A DNA stretch of 63,798 nt, filler included, from Actinomycetota bacterium (lineage in GTDB: Bacteria; Actinomycetota; Acidimicrobiia; Spongiisociales; UBA4744): NCBI GenBank assembly GCA_013152275.1. It is 6 parts of 6 records of this genome, joined end to end, with 100 filler letters (N's around TTAATTAATTAA, not from the genome) between each part and the next. Parts side by side here need not be neighbours in the genome. Positions count along the whole stretch, not along the records: positions 12,673 to 23,675 come from JAADGS010000044.1; positions 23,776 to 32,969 come from JAADGS010000017.1; 4 more parts are not named here. The stretch is one strand, 5' to 3'. Position 1 is the first letter of the stretch, and the number at the start of each line of letters is the position of its first letter. Of the stretch, positions 20,100 through 29,902 are shown one piece after another. The notes below the pieces were generated by a model. It did no database searches and was not told the DNA's origin. It worked only from the letters and a program-made list of their open reading frames with translations. The position numbers and the translations under genes are program-made.

Positions 20100-21311
20100 A
20101 TGATTGCCAGGCCTTCGTTGTGGGTGTCTGTGGTTGTGTCGGCTCTTGTGTTGGTGACTGCCGGGTGTGGCGAGGCTTTGGTGCCGCAGGACTCGGTCGG
20201 CGGGTCGGCGTCGGTTACGGCACAGACGCCCTCTTCTCCGACTGTTGAGGCTACAACGTCATCGTTGGCGACCCTCCCGAGCACTCCCTCAGTCTCGGTG
20301 GTGGAATCCGACTCGGTGCGGCCGGTGCAGATGCTGCCGGCAGAGTCGATGTCGGCCGGAGTTGAGCCGGGCCCGCTGGTTGGAGCGCAGGCCGTCAGGG
20401 GCGAAGCGGCCCTCGAGGACGGTACGGTGAGTATCCCGGTTGCGTTCCTGATCGACGCGGATGGGTCGTATCGGGTGGAGGTAGGGACCGTTCGCAACGA
20501 ACTGTTCGCCTACGACGCGTCGACGATGACTGCCCAGATGTGGTCCGACGACGTTGGAGGTGCCATCGTCGACGGGGTCGCACCGTTCGGGCCGTTTGAG
20601 TTCGGGAGCCCGCTGCACACGTATCTTCGTATGCAGTACCGGGCGGCCAGTTTCCTTGTCGACATGTCTCCCATGATGTTCTCTGACGTCTCGGCACTGG
20701 AGGCGATTCTTCCCGCCGTGGATGCGGACGGTTCCGAAACGCCCGGCGGGCCGGTGCGGTTCGTGGTGGACGCCACCACACGTATGCCGCTGCTGGTGGA
20801 CGACGGTGTGGTGCGATTCAGCGTGCGTGCGCTCGTTTACATGGACAGCGCCGACCGGAGTCTCTACAGCCTGGGACTGGACTCTGCGGCTACGTCGCTC
20901 GCATTCCACGTCTCGCACGGCTTCACCCCGATTGATACCGAAACCGCATCGAGCGTGTTTCCCGGTGCCGTCTCGAGCCGGCTCCCAGGAGGTTACGTTC
21001 TGAGTGCGGCATATGCCGATGCGCAGGGGCGAACCGTCCTCGTATACCGCCGGAGAGGGTTCGACACCGTCACGATCGCGTCGGCTCCGGTCGATCTTGC
21101 AGACATCTACGACGGGGACCTATACCCTCCATCAGGGCAGGCGGAAGCCACGGACATCCCGAACGTGACTGTGGTCACCGGCCCACCCGGGCACATCCTC
21201 ATGCGCGCAGGCAACTCGGTTATCACCATCAACGGAACAGAACGGAACCTGATGCTCGAGACCGCCAAGCTCATCGCCGACACCCACCAGCGAACCGACC
21301 CGCAGAGCTGA
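20100..21311 (+). CDS. Hypothetical lipoprotein
   Basis: Signal peptide with lipobox VTAGC, S/T/P-rich linker, long ORF. Confidence 0.7.
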   Translation: MIARPSLWVSVVVSALVLVTAGCGEALVPQDSVGGSASVTAQTPSSPTVEATTSSLATLPSTPSVSVVESDSVRPVQMLPAESMSAGVEPGPLVGAQAVRGEAALEDGTVSIPVAFLIDADGSYRVEVGTVRNELFAYDASTMTAQMWSDDVGGAIVDGVAPFGPFEFGSPLHTYLRMQYRAASFLVDMSPMMFSDVSALEAILPAVDADGSETPGGPVRFVVDATTRMPLLVDDGVVRFSVRALVYMDSADRSLYSLGLDSAATSLAFHVSHGFTPIDTETASSVFPGAVSSRLPGGYVLSAAYADAQGRTVLVYRRRGFDTVTIASAPVDLADIYDGDLYPPSGQAEATDIPNVTVVTGPPGHILMRAGNSVITINGTERNLMLETAKLIADTHQRTDPQS

Positions 21312-21922
21312 TCACGCCCAGGTGGGGCAACCTCCCCGGTTCCCACACCTAAACCACGCGCAAAGGGCGAACACCAGTACCGGCGGGTTGCGTGAGGCCC
21401 GGTATCTCAGGGATGGCTACTGTGCTGGAAGTTCCACTCTCGAGAGCTGCTTGAACGCGACCTGGTACCCGTGTCGATGGGATGAATGCAGCAATACGCA
21501 CCTGTCGATGTACGACTCGGGGAGTGACACACTGCATGTGGCCTTGCGCTCCAGAAGTCAATGGGACGGGGGCGTGACGACTCGAAGCTGCCGGTGGGGT
21601 AGTTACGGGCCTCCATGTACTTGCTGCCTCCACGACGCAGACGTGCACGAAGGACTGATGGACACGCTCGATCCCAACGGAGACGGATCTCGAACCCCAC
21701 TGGCCGTTGCCATCCTTTCTCTTACGACGAGCAGCATCATGCGAGCAGCATGGCTGCGTTCCACGACCGGTTATGACATCGAGATCGTCAAGACGGTACG
21801 GACGTCGGAGAACGCCCGCTATTCGACGGTCTACGAGTCGACCTACGGCTGTACAAGGGGACGAGCCTGCAGGTGCACGAGTGCATCGGCGGTGGCAACT
21901 ACTATCGATCGACGTGGGGACC

Positions 21923-22690
21923 GTGACGAGCCTGACCGGTAGACGCCTGGTGCTGCTGCTGGCGGGGCTGAGCTTTCTGGCCGGGTGTATGCAGGCGGAT
22001 TCCGGTACTTCGACGGTTCCGGCGACGGCGACCAGTGCCGTCTTGGAGACGACGACATCGAGTACCACCGTTGTCCACACGGCGGAAACGCAGCCCGGGT
22101 CCCTCGTGTCGTGTCCCGGTCCGATCGAGGGTTCGGCCGAGGTCCGCGGCGATCTCGACGGTGACGGTGCGGAGGAGACCGTCCTGGTCGAGCGGCCACC
22201 GGGTGGTGAGACGGTGATTCGGGTGTGTGGTTCGCGTCTGCGAGTCGCTCCATATCACGTCGGTGACGTCAACAAGCCGGTCGAGGTGTATGGCATCGAC
22301 ATCGAAGGTGACGGCATAACGGAGCTGCTCGTCGGCGCCCCAACTGGTGCGGGGCCGTTCGCGGGGACGGTCCTGCGCTTGGAAGGTGACGAGCTGGTCG
22401 ACACGAGACTGTCGTTGACGGTGATCTTCGCGGGACGGGAAGGAAGTAGCTTTGGGTGCGTCGATGTGGACGGCGATGGTGTACGTGAGCTGGTGTCGTA
22501 TACCTATGAGTTCGACGGCGACACGGTCGATTCGTCGACCACGATGACGTGGGCCCGGACGGTCCTGCTCGGCCCTCTCACCGGCACTACGACAACCGGC
22601 ACGTTCGACGTTGGGGAGCAGCGCGAGGATGTCGAGGTTCTCATGGCGGGTACCTGCGGCGACGACGTCGACATCAGAGCGTACCCGTGA
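21923..22690 (+). CDS. Lipoprotein with FG-GAP/DxDGDG calcium-binding-like motifs
   Basis: Lipobox FLAGC; GDLDGDG, DIEGDG, DVDGDG motifs. Confidence 0.75.
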   Translation: MTSLTGRRLVLLLAGLSFLAGCMQADSGTSTVPATATSAVLETTTSSTTVVHTAETQPGSLVSCPGPIEGSAEVRGDLDGDGAEETVLVERPPGGETVIRVCGSRLRVAPYHVGDVNKPVEVYGIDIEGDGITELLVGAPTGAGPFAGTVLRLEGDELVDTRLSLTVIFAGREGSSFGCVDVDGDGVRELVSYTYEFDGDTVDSSTTMTWARTVLLGPLTGTTTTGTFDVGEQREDVEVLMAGTCGDDVDIRAYP

Positions 22691-22856
22691 CAGATGAGAA
22701 CGGCCGGACTGGTGTTCCCCCGGTTTGGCAGAGTCGGAATGTTTGAATCGGTGGGGCCTGAGATCCGGCTGCAACCACTTCTGATTCCCGAGTCGACGCT
22801 GCCGGCAGGAGCGTCTCGGGGGAGGGCGACCGGCTGCCCCCCGGACATCTCGAGCT

Positions 22857-23060
22857 TCTCCATCGCGTCTCCACCGCGCGAGAGAGTGGGATGGCGCGGG
22901 AAACAGCGAGAGACGTTGAGAAGCGAGAACCTGGTCAGAACAGGCGTTTCGCGGGTTTCCCCAGATCGGTGAGCACCATGTTGGGCTGATAAGCCGAAGG
23001 TCGCGGGTTCAAACCCTGCCCCCGCTACGAACGAAAGCCCTTCCACCACAAGGGTTTTCG
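22857..23060 (+). repeat. att-like direct repeat copy 2: arm, degenerate 3' half of tRNA-fMet (22985-23028), hairpin (23032-23060)
   Basis: GCTGATAAGCCGAAGGTCGCGGGTTCAAACCCTGCCCCCGCTAC; same spacing from TCTCCATCGCG as copy 1. Confidence 0.85.
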
Positions 23061-23241
23061 ACTTTTCTCCGATCTCCACGAGCGCCCTCATGCGGCTCCA
23101 TCGCGCGGCGGGGACAAGTCGTCGAGATCCAGACCGCGTGGGTGTCGTCGTCGATGTGTGTGATGACGGAGGAAGCTGCCCTCTGCGGGGTTCGCGTGGC
23201 CGACGAAATGCGGTTCCTTGCTCCCGTAGTGTGCGGGGGCG

Positions 23242-23675
23242 ATGAATCCTCCTCGGATGATCACCACCGAACGACTGGTCCTGCGTCCGCCGGCTACGTC
23301 GGACCGCGATGCCGTGTTCGCGTACGCGTCGGATTCCCAGGTGATGCAGTACCTCTCGCGGGTCCCGACGACCGATCCGGCGGACTCGGCCGCCTTCCTG
23401 CAACGGTGCTTGCGCGTGTGGGAGAGCGGCGAGGCCTATGTGTGGGCGATCACGCTGCCCGATGGGTCGCTGATCGGGATGATCGAGGGGCAGCCCTCCA
23501 AGCACGGCTTCGAGCTCAGCTACGGGCTGAACCGCGTCGCATGGGGGAACGGATACATGACCGAGGCGCTGCAGGCGATTGTCGGCTGGGCGCTCAGCGA
23601 ACCTGAGGTGTATCGGGTGTGGGCGTACGTCAATGTCGGGAACGTGGTGTCGCAGCGGGTTCTCGAGAAGGCCGG
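23242..23675 (+). CDS. RimJ/RimL-type GNAT acetyltransferase (3' truncated by contig end)
   Basis: ITTERLVLRP, WGNGYMTEAL, NVVSQRVLEKA. Confidence 0.88.
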
Positions 23676-23775
23676 NNNNNNNNNNNNNNNNNNNNNNNNN
23701 NNNNNNNNNNNNNNNNNNNTTAATTAATTAANNNNNNNNNNNNNNNNNNNNNNNNNNNNNNNNNNNNNNNNNNNN
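23676..23775. other. Artificial contig-joining linker
   Basis: N-run/TTAATTAATTAA/N-run. Confidence 0.98.
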
Positions 23776-24060
23776 CGGGCCGGTCCCTCGCTGGAGGACA
23801 TCGCCCTGAAAGTCCACGTCCGTCACCTTCACCAACCATGTCGTGTCCGGTCTCCGGGGAGGGTCGAAGTCACCCGAGTAACGCCGCTCGACAATCCCGG
23901 TAAAGGCAGTACTGAAGATCTGGTCCGTCAAAGTCGGCGGGATGTACGACGAGTCGGCGGTACTGGTACCGGCAGTTGTAGCGGTCGGGACGACGCTGCT
24001 GCATCCAGCCGAGAAGAGAGCAACCGTCGCCAGCACAATCACCACCCTGCGAATACTCAA
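23776..24060 (-). CDS. Hypothetical lipoprotein, 3' truncated by contig edge
   Basis: RRVVIVLATVALFSAGC lipobox followed by T/S-rich linker. Confidence 0.6.
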
Positions 24061-24064
24061 CTGC

Positions 24065-24245
24065 TCACCATCTTGCGCAACAAACCATTGTCGTCGGTCT
24101 CGAGCTGCCCGCTTCAGCCACACCAACGCGTCCATGCTCCCATTGACCAGCATGTTCTCCTCACGGTCGCTTGCACGTGCCCGTGAGGCTGACGCGGTGA
24201 TCACCCATACGGAAGGACCCTCAGGTCCCCCCGTACACCACTGGC
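24065..24245 (-). mobile_element. IS256-family remnant (transposase N-terminus and adjacent end)
   Basis: MDALVWLK then, with a frameshift, QLETDDNGLLRKMV, like actinobacterial IS256 N-termini; TACACCACT at 24234-24242. Confidence 0.55.
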
Positions 24246-25617
24246 TGGCATGATGGGTCCGGTGTTACACGCCTCGGTCGGGCGGTGAGGTTCCGGTCGA
24301 GCCGATAGCAGCGGCTCGGTTGGTCTCGGTCCGCCGTCCCGATGGCGTGTGCCACCCCTTGCGCCTGTTAGCGAGAGAAAGGGGCGGTCATATCGATCGT
24401 ATCGGGGGTTTTCGGCGGTGTGGACACGCACGCCGATGTGCATGTCGCAGCAGCGGTCGATACGAATGGTGGGTTGTTGGGGATCGAGTCGTTCCCGACC
24501 GACGATGCCGAGTATCGACGGCTCAACGAGTGGCTCGCCGAGTTCGGTCCGGTGATCCGGGTCGGGGTTGAGGGGACCGGGTCGTATGGCGTCGGATTGA
24601 CTCGACATCTCCATAGCGGCGGTGTTGAGGTAGTGGAGGTCGCTCGGCCAAACCGGCAGAGGCGCCGCCGGTTGGGGAAGTCGGATCCGATCGACGCCGA
24701 AACCGCGGCGAGAGCCCCCCTGTCCGGGACAGCGAGGGTTGTGCCGAAGCGTCGTGACGGGGCGGTGGAACAGATCCGGGTCCTGTCGGTCGCTCGCCGC
24801 TCAGCACGGGTGCAGCGCACCGCGACGTTGAACCAGCTCCGCCAGATCGTCTTGACGGCCCCTGATGCTGTGCGGACCCGTTTCAAGGACCGTGCCAGGA
24901 CCGGGCTTGTGTCCGAGGCGGCTGCGATGCGGCCCCGCAAAGGACACGACCCGGTCGCCTACACAACGTTGGTGGTGATCCGCGGACTCGCTCGTCGCAT
25001 CCGGGACCTCGATGACGAGATCGCCGGTATCGACGACGCCCTCAAAGAACTGATCGACGCCACCGCACCGTCGCTACACGACTGTCACGGCGTCGGCGTG
25101 GACACTGCCACGACCCCGCTGGTCGCTGCCGGCAACAACGCTGACCGGCTCACCTCGGAACGGTCACGGGCGCACCTGTGCGGCGTCTCACCGGTCCCGG
25201 CCGGGTCGGGCAAGACCAGTGGACGGGTCCGGCTGAACCGTAGCGGGAACCGGCAAGCCAACGCGGCGCTCCACCGGATCGTGCTGACCCGCATGGCGTC
25301 GGATCCCGAAACTCGCAACCACGTGCGACGCCGCAGCGCCCAAGGCCTCTCCAAACGCGAAATCATGCGCTGTTTGAAACGCTACGTCGCCCGCCAGACA
25401 TACCAACACCTACCCCGAGCAGCATGACGATCCGGCGAGTGGGGTCTGACCCGATACACCACCGACGCACCCCCACGTGCTGCTGTCCTCCGGACGACCT
25501 GTCGACCCCACCCGCCCACCAGGGCAGTGTGACCTAATAAGAGCCTGCCCACCCGACGGTGTGGCCCAACCCAGTCCTGTCCACCCAACCCGCCACCACA
25601 TTGACATAGGAGATTCG
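24242..25617 (+). mobile_element. IS110-family element with non-coding ends
   Basis: Transposase flanked by ~145-bp left and ~190-bp right non-coding regions; right end has TTGACATAGGAG; boundaries approximate. Confidence 0.75.
24390..25427 (+). CDS. IS110-family DEDD recombinase/transposase (start codon appears as ATA)
   Basis: GGVDTHAD, VGVEGTGSYG, GKSDPIDA, SPVPAGSGKT, GNRQANAAL, RCLKRYVAR; RBS GAAAGGGG at 24377-24384 before ATA at 24390. Confidence 0.9.
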   Translation: MSIVSGVFGGVDTHADVHVAAAVDTNGGLLGIESFPTDDAEYRRLNEWLAEFGPVIRVGVEGTGSYGVGLTRHLHSGGVEVVEVARPNRQRRRRLGKSDPIDAETAARAPLSGTARVVPKRRDGAVEQIRVLSVARRSARVQRTATLNQLRQIVLTAPDAVRTRFKDRARTGLVSEAAAMRPRKGHDPVAYTTLVVIRGLARRIRDLDDEIAGIDDALKELIDATAPSLHDCHGVGVDTATTPLVAAGNNADRLTSERSRAHLCGVSPVPAGSGKTSGRVRLNRSGNRQANAALHRIVLTRMASDPETRNHVRRRSAQGLSKREIMRCLKRYVARQTYQHLPRAA

Positions 25618-25933
25618 CCCATGGACGTAACTCGAGACTGCGGGTCCTCTCAGGGACAAGAGTATCCGGCAGACCCGGGCGGGTTCACTCAGGAAAGGGC
25701 GTTTCCAATGAGCGTGGTCACACAGAGATCCCGGGCTGTGCACAGCCCACTCGGCCGGCGTCTTTCGTAGCGGAAAGCGATTCTTCCCAACCCGACATAG
25801 CCGTCAGAACAGATCCGTTTCGCGGCGCTTCGCGTCGGGATCATCGCTGAAGTGCAGTTGGTGATGGGAGAATCGTGTCCACCGACTTGGCTGGTCGTGC
25901 GAGTAACCGGTGAAGGATTGAGAGAGGACAGGT

Positions 25934-26479
25934 GTGACATCCGCTGACGGCAACGTTCCAGTTCAACCGTTCCATGAGACGTTCGAACGTTTCTACGGTC
26001 GCGAGTACCGACAGGTCGCTGCACTGGCGTACGTTCTGACCGGTCGGAACGGTGCCGCTGAGGATCTGGCACAGGAGGCGTTCATCGCTGCCCTGCGCAG
26101 TTGGGATCGGATTGCTCTCTATGACAAGCCTGAAGCGTGGGTGCGCCGTGTCGTTGCGAATCGGGCCGTGTCGTTTCGGCGACGTGGCATCACCGAGTTG
26201 AAACTGTTACCCAGACTGTTTCGCCTGTCGTCACCCGGGCCGGCCACGGAGATGGACGGGGAAGCAACCCAGGTGTGGGACGCGGTGCGGACGCTACCAA
26301 GACGACAGGCACAGGCGGTGGCACTCCGCTACCTGGATGATCTCTCACTCAAGGAGATCGGCGTGATCATGGGATGTTCTTCCGGGACGGTCAAGACCCA
26401 TTTGGCGCGAGGGCGACAGCGGCTGGAACGAGTCCTCGGAGCACAAGCCGGCGAGGAGGTTGACGGGCATGTTGGATGA
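25934..26479 (+). CDS. ECF RNA polymerase sigma factor (SigE-like)
   Basis: AEDLAQEAF region 2; LPRRQAQAVALRYLDDLSLKEIG...GTVKTHLARG region 4. Confidence 0.92.
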   Translation: MTSADGNVPVQPFHETFERFYGREYRQVAALAYVLTGRNGAAEDLAQEAFIAALRSWDRIALYDKPEAWVRRVVANRAVSFRRRGITELKLLPRLFRLSSPGPATEMDGEATQVWDAVRTLPRRQAQAVALRYLDDLSLKEIGVIMGCSSGTVKTHLARGRQRLERVLGAQAGEEVDGHVG

Positions 26480-27236
26480 ACGGCTCAGACACGCCGCGGA
26501 CGAGGCGCACAGGGTGGCGGGCATGTTCGAGCGGCCAAGAATCGAACAGCGACGCGTCTGGATGTTCTCTCACCGACTGGTCCGAGCTTTGACGGCGGTA
26601 GCCGCTGTCGCTGCCCTCATTGGTGTGGGTCGCATCATCGCCGAGACACGACAGACCGACGGCCCAACGGTCTTTACCCAGCCGGCTGTCCAGATCAACG
26701 CCGATCCACAGGTCGTTCAAGCCTCTCGGGCCATTCCGCCGAACCTCGACGTCCCCGGATCCGCGATTGAAGTTCCTCTACAACCCATCACAGAGTTCCT
26801 CCCGGGTGACGCCTCCTACATCCGATCGTTCATCCCCAACCCGGATGAGATTGTGGCAATAGGACAAGTCGGTCCTGGCGTTCACCGTGTCTTTCTCGTC
26901 ACCGGACCGTCCGCCCCCGACGGTTCACAGGTGGCCTGCATCATCGAAACATCAGGCCGTTCAGGCTCGTGCGTCAGAGAGCAAGACTCCGCTCCACCGT
27001 TCGGCGTTGCTGCCGGGTGGGGCACTGACACGGGACAAGAGTTCAGAGTCGTGATGGGAATGGTCCCAGAGTCCACGTCCGTGGTGATAGTGACGACACC
27101 GCGAGGCACTTTCTGGCAGGTTCCTCGCGGAAGTATCAGCTTCTTCGTCCTCCAGGTTTCGCCCGACCAGACCCTCGAATGGCAGCTCCTCAATGCAACA
27201 GGTGACGTGCTCGACAACGGCGGCTACCGCCAGTGA
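26469..27236 (+). CDS. Single-pass membrane protein, probable anti-sigma partner
   Basis: Overlaps sigma gene; RBS GAGGAGG; DERLR..A N-terminus, one TM (ALTAVAAVAALIGVG), extracytoplasmic domain. Confidence 0.7.
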   Translation: MLDERLRHAADEAHRVAGMFERPRIEQRRVWMFSHRLVRALTAVAAVAALIGVGRIIAETRQTDGPTVFTQPAVQINADPQVVQASRAIPPNLDVPGSAIEVPLQPITEFLPGDASYIRSFIPNPDEIVAIGQVGPGVHRVFLVTGPSAPDGSQVACIIETSGRSGSCVREQDSAPPFGVAAGWGTDTGQEFRVVMGMVPESTSVVIVTTPRGTFWQVPRGSISFFVLQVSPDQTLEWQLLNATGDVLDNGGYRQ

Positions 27237-27344
27237 CCGGGCCACCCGACACACGTGACCGAACCGGTGTCGGTCACCGACCGGTGGACGACGTTGGCAG
27301 CGACCCCCGGTCGCCGAGTTCCAAGACGGCGGACATCGTGTAGT

Positions 27345-27894
27345 TCGCCAACGCCACCTCTCACTTTTCGTGCCTCTTCAATTCCAGTATCAGTATCCCT
27401 GTCCTAGTGTCCGAGAACCTGTCAGCAGGTCCCAACTGGGAGCGCCGAGTGAGTGATGTGCCGGTGATCTGAACCGGCTTCTTGGGAGACTCGTGGCCAT
27501 AACTTCGATGCCGTGTCTCGTGGGTTCGGGAGACAGGTCGGACACGCCGAGGGTGCGGCCAGGGCAGCCGCAGGTGGTCCGGTATCTGGAGTTCGTCGCG
27601 GCGTGTGGTCAACTGAACACGGTGTCGCCGATCATGTATGGCGTGGTGAGGAATCTCAATGAGTATGTCCGAGGAGTTTCAATGAGCGTGGTTATGGTCG
27701 GGCACACGTCGCCAACGCCACCTTTTCTTTTTCGTACCCCTTCATTTTCGGTGTCAGTAACCCTTCCCTCCGAGTGACAGACAGCCCGTCACCAGCCGCG
27801 ATGGACACACATGGACTGATGGGGACCACGTGGCCAGTGCCACGTTCCCTTCTTTTTCGGCACCCGTCCAATCGCAGTGTCTGTGACCCTGTCA
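27345..27894. repeat. Three degenerate ~60-bp direct repeats (27345-27404, 27709-27768, 27831-27894)
   Basis: Consensus GCCAACGCCACC..TTTTCGT.CC.CTTCA....GT.TCAGTA.CCCT; copies 1 and 2 match at 45/56 positions without gaps by my count. Confidence 0.75.
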
Positions 27895-28110
27895 GCCCGA
27901 TGACAATACGCCGTATCCAGCAGCGAGCCTGAGGGTCTCCGATACCGACGTTTCCCAGATCCTGCTACGAAGACCGGCGAATTGACTGTTGACGACGCCA
28001 CACCTAGCACGAGCCAGGTTCGGCCGGTGGAAAGGCCGAGACCAAAGCACCTTCCTGTGGATGCCCCTGCAGAACACGCTCGGAGAAACGGGGGAAGCTC
28101 ACCACCGCTG

Positions 28111-28263
28111 ATGCGCGGTCTGAAACGCGAACGAACCGCGAGTGTGAGCATCCGCTGTCACGCGCTCATACAGAACATCCGCTGTGGCCACTACGAACTC
28201 GGCATCCACGCACGAGCGCATCGTCGCATCGCGGGCGCATTCAGGGAACTTGCCCGAACAATC
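28111..28263 (+). mobile_element. IS6-family transposase C-terminal remnant
   Basis: MRGLKRERTAS...HALIQNIRCGHYELG...AFRELARTI, like actinobacterial IS6 C-termini. Confidence 0.7.
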
Positions 28264-28353
28264 CGAGTGAACAGAAACACCCAAATCGTTCCCGTGTGGA
28301 GTGACACGACTCGACGCATTAGTGGCGTCGAAGTCAACGCTCGGAGGCGTCGC

Positions 28354-29088
28354 TTACGTGTCGACTTGGCCGAACAAGCGCTGCGCCAGCTCGTAGTCCT
28401 CGAGCGTGTCGATCTCCGCCCAGCGTAGCCCGGTGATGTCGAGGGCCTTGAAGGGCTCTCCCGCCTGGACGATCGCGTCGTACGCCACCTCGTAATACCT
28501 TTGGTGGTTGGCAGGATCCTCCATCATCGCCTCGAGCGTCGTGAACAGCGTCTCGCAGGACCGCTCGTCGATCCGCTCGATGCCGATCGACTCACCGGCA
28601 GCGCTCGTCACCGGGACGTCGTTGCCGATGCGCGAGATGTTCCCCTCGGCGTCGCACCGCACCTTGATGACCTCCTCGTCGACCGCGGTGCGATCGACGC
28701 AGGCGTAGCTCCAGCCGGCGGCCGCCGCGACGAGCCTGGCGAGAATCTCCTCATCGAAAATAACGTCACCGTCCAGCTTGATGAAGGTCTCACCCTCGAG
28801 CTGGTCCCTCGCGAGCAGCAGGGAGTAGCCGGTGTTCGTCGTCCGATAGTCGGGGTTCCGCAGAATCGTGATCTCCACGAGAGGGAACGCCTGCAGGAGG
28901 TACTGCTCGATCGCTGCCTGCATGTGCCCGCAGACGATCACGATCGATCGCACGTCGTGCTTGGTGAGCTTCCGGATCATGTGCTCGAGCGTGTTGCTGT
29001 CGCCAATCGGTAGGAGCGATTTCGGCGTGGAGACCGTCAACTCCGCCAGCCGGCTGCCCATGCCGGCGAGGAGGATAACGGACTTCAT
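28354..29088 (-). CDS. Phosphocholine/phosphonate cytidylyltransferase-like NTP transferase (LicC/PntC-like)
   Basis: ILLAGMGSRL...PKSL, NPDYRTTNTGYSL, KLDGDVIFD, GESIGI, WAEIDTLEDY. Confidence 0.88.
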   Translation of the reverse strand: MKSVILLAGMGSRLAELTVSTPKSLLPIGDSNTLEHMIRKLTKHDVRSIVIVCGHMQAAIEQYLLQAFPLVEITILRNPDYRTTNTGYSLLLARDQLEGETFIKLDGDVIFDEEILARLVAAAAGWSYACVDRTAVDEEVIKVRCDAEGNISRIGNDVPVTSAAGESIGIERIDERSCETLFTTLEAMMEDPANHQRYYEVAYDAIVQAGEPFKALDITGLRWAEIDTLEDYELAQRLFGQVDT

Positions 29089-29107
29089 GAGATGGCCGCG
29101 TTCATGG

Positions 29108-29902
29108 CTACTTCCGGAGCGGGTAGGTGAGTGATTCCGGTCGGCGTGCGAGCTGGTTGCCGCGCTGGACGAGCCGGACGAACGCGATGAAGATCTGACT
29201 GATCCCGAAGATCCAGATCCAGAGATCTGGTCGCTGCACAAGGGCGGCAAGCGCGCCTAAGGTGACGTGCTCGGCCTCATCGAGCGCGAAGAAGGAGCGG
29301 TTCCGAAACCAGAGCCAGGCGAGCTTCTGCCGGAGGTCTTTTGGTTCCGTCCTCCTGGCATCAAGGTCGACGTAGAGTGCCTGCCGGAGTTCGCGAGACT
29401 TGTCGAGATATTCGTTGTCCCGGCCTACTGCTCCCAACATCGTCTCGAGTTTGATGTAGTACCGAAACAAGAACCCGAAGCACGACATCAGGCCGAGCAA
29501 CAGGAACAGGCTTCTGCCCGTGCGGTCGTACGCCGCGATGGCCATCGCGGCGTTGATGATGAAGATCTTCAGGACGTCGAGCGTCTTGTCCAGGTAGTCG
29601 CCGATTGCCGACGTTTTGCCGGTATAGCGGGCAAGTTGGCCATCGAGGCAGTCGAGGACGTACGACACCGGCAGCAGGACGGCTGCAAGAACACTCCAAG
29701 CTCCGCCCACGACGATGAGACCTGCCGCGGCGCTGTAGAGGCCAAACGAAAGGAAAGTCACATGGTTCGGTGTCAGAGACGCGATCTTGCTAGCCGGGAT
29801 CAGCAACGTGTTGGCGAGCCTGGGGTACCAGAGGTCCCCCCAGTTGCTGAAGAAGTTCGGCTCGATGACGGAACCCCGGGGGGGATACTCAGGAGATGAC
29901 AC
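29108..29902 (-). CDS. CDP-alcohol phosphatidyltransferase family protein
   Basis: TPNHVT and DCLDGQLARYTGKTSAIGDYLDKTLD signature. Confidence 0.92.
   Translation of the reverse strand: MSSPEYPPRGSVIEPNFFSNWGDLWYPRLANTLLIPASKIASLTPNHVTFLSFGLYSAAAGLIVVGGAWSVLAAVLLPVSYVLDCLDGQLARYTGKTSAIGDYLDKTLDVLKIFIINAAMAIAAYDRTGRSLFLLLGLMSCFGFLFRYYIKLETMLGAVGRDNEYLDKSRELRQALYVDLDARRTEPKDLRQKLAWLWFRNRSFFALDEAEHVTLGALAALVQRPDLWIWIFGISQIFIAFVRLVQRGNQLARRPESLTYPLRK

Noticed and set aside
21322..21942. Cys-rich 206-aa ORF between the two lipoprotein genes
   Set aside because: No recognisable motif or RBS; may be a decayed gene patchwork and cannot be supported.
27345..27894. CRISPR array
   Set aside because: Repeats are ~60 bp and degenerate, spacers are very unequal and too long, and no cas genes are seen.
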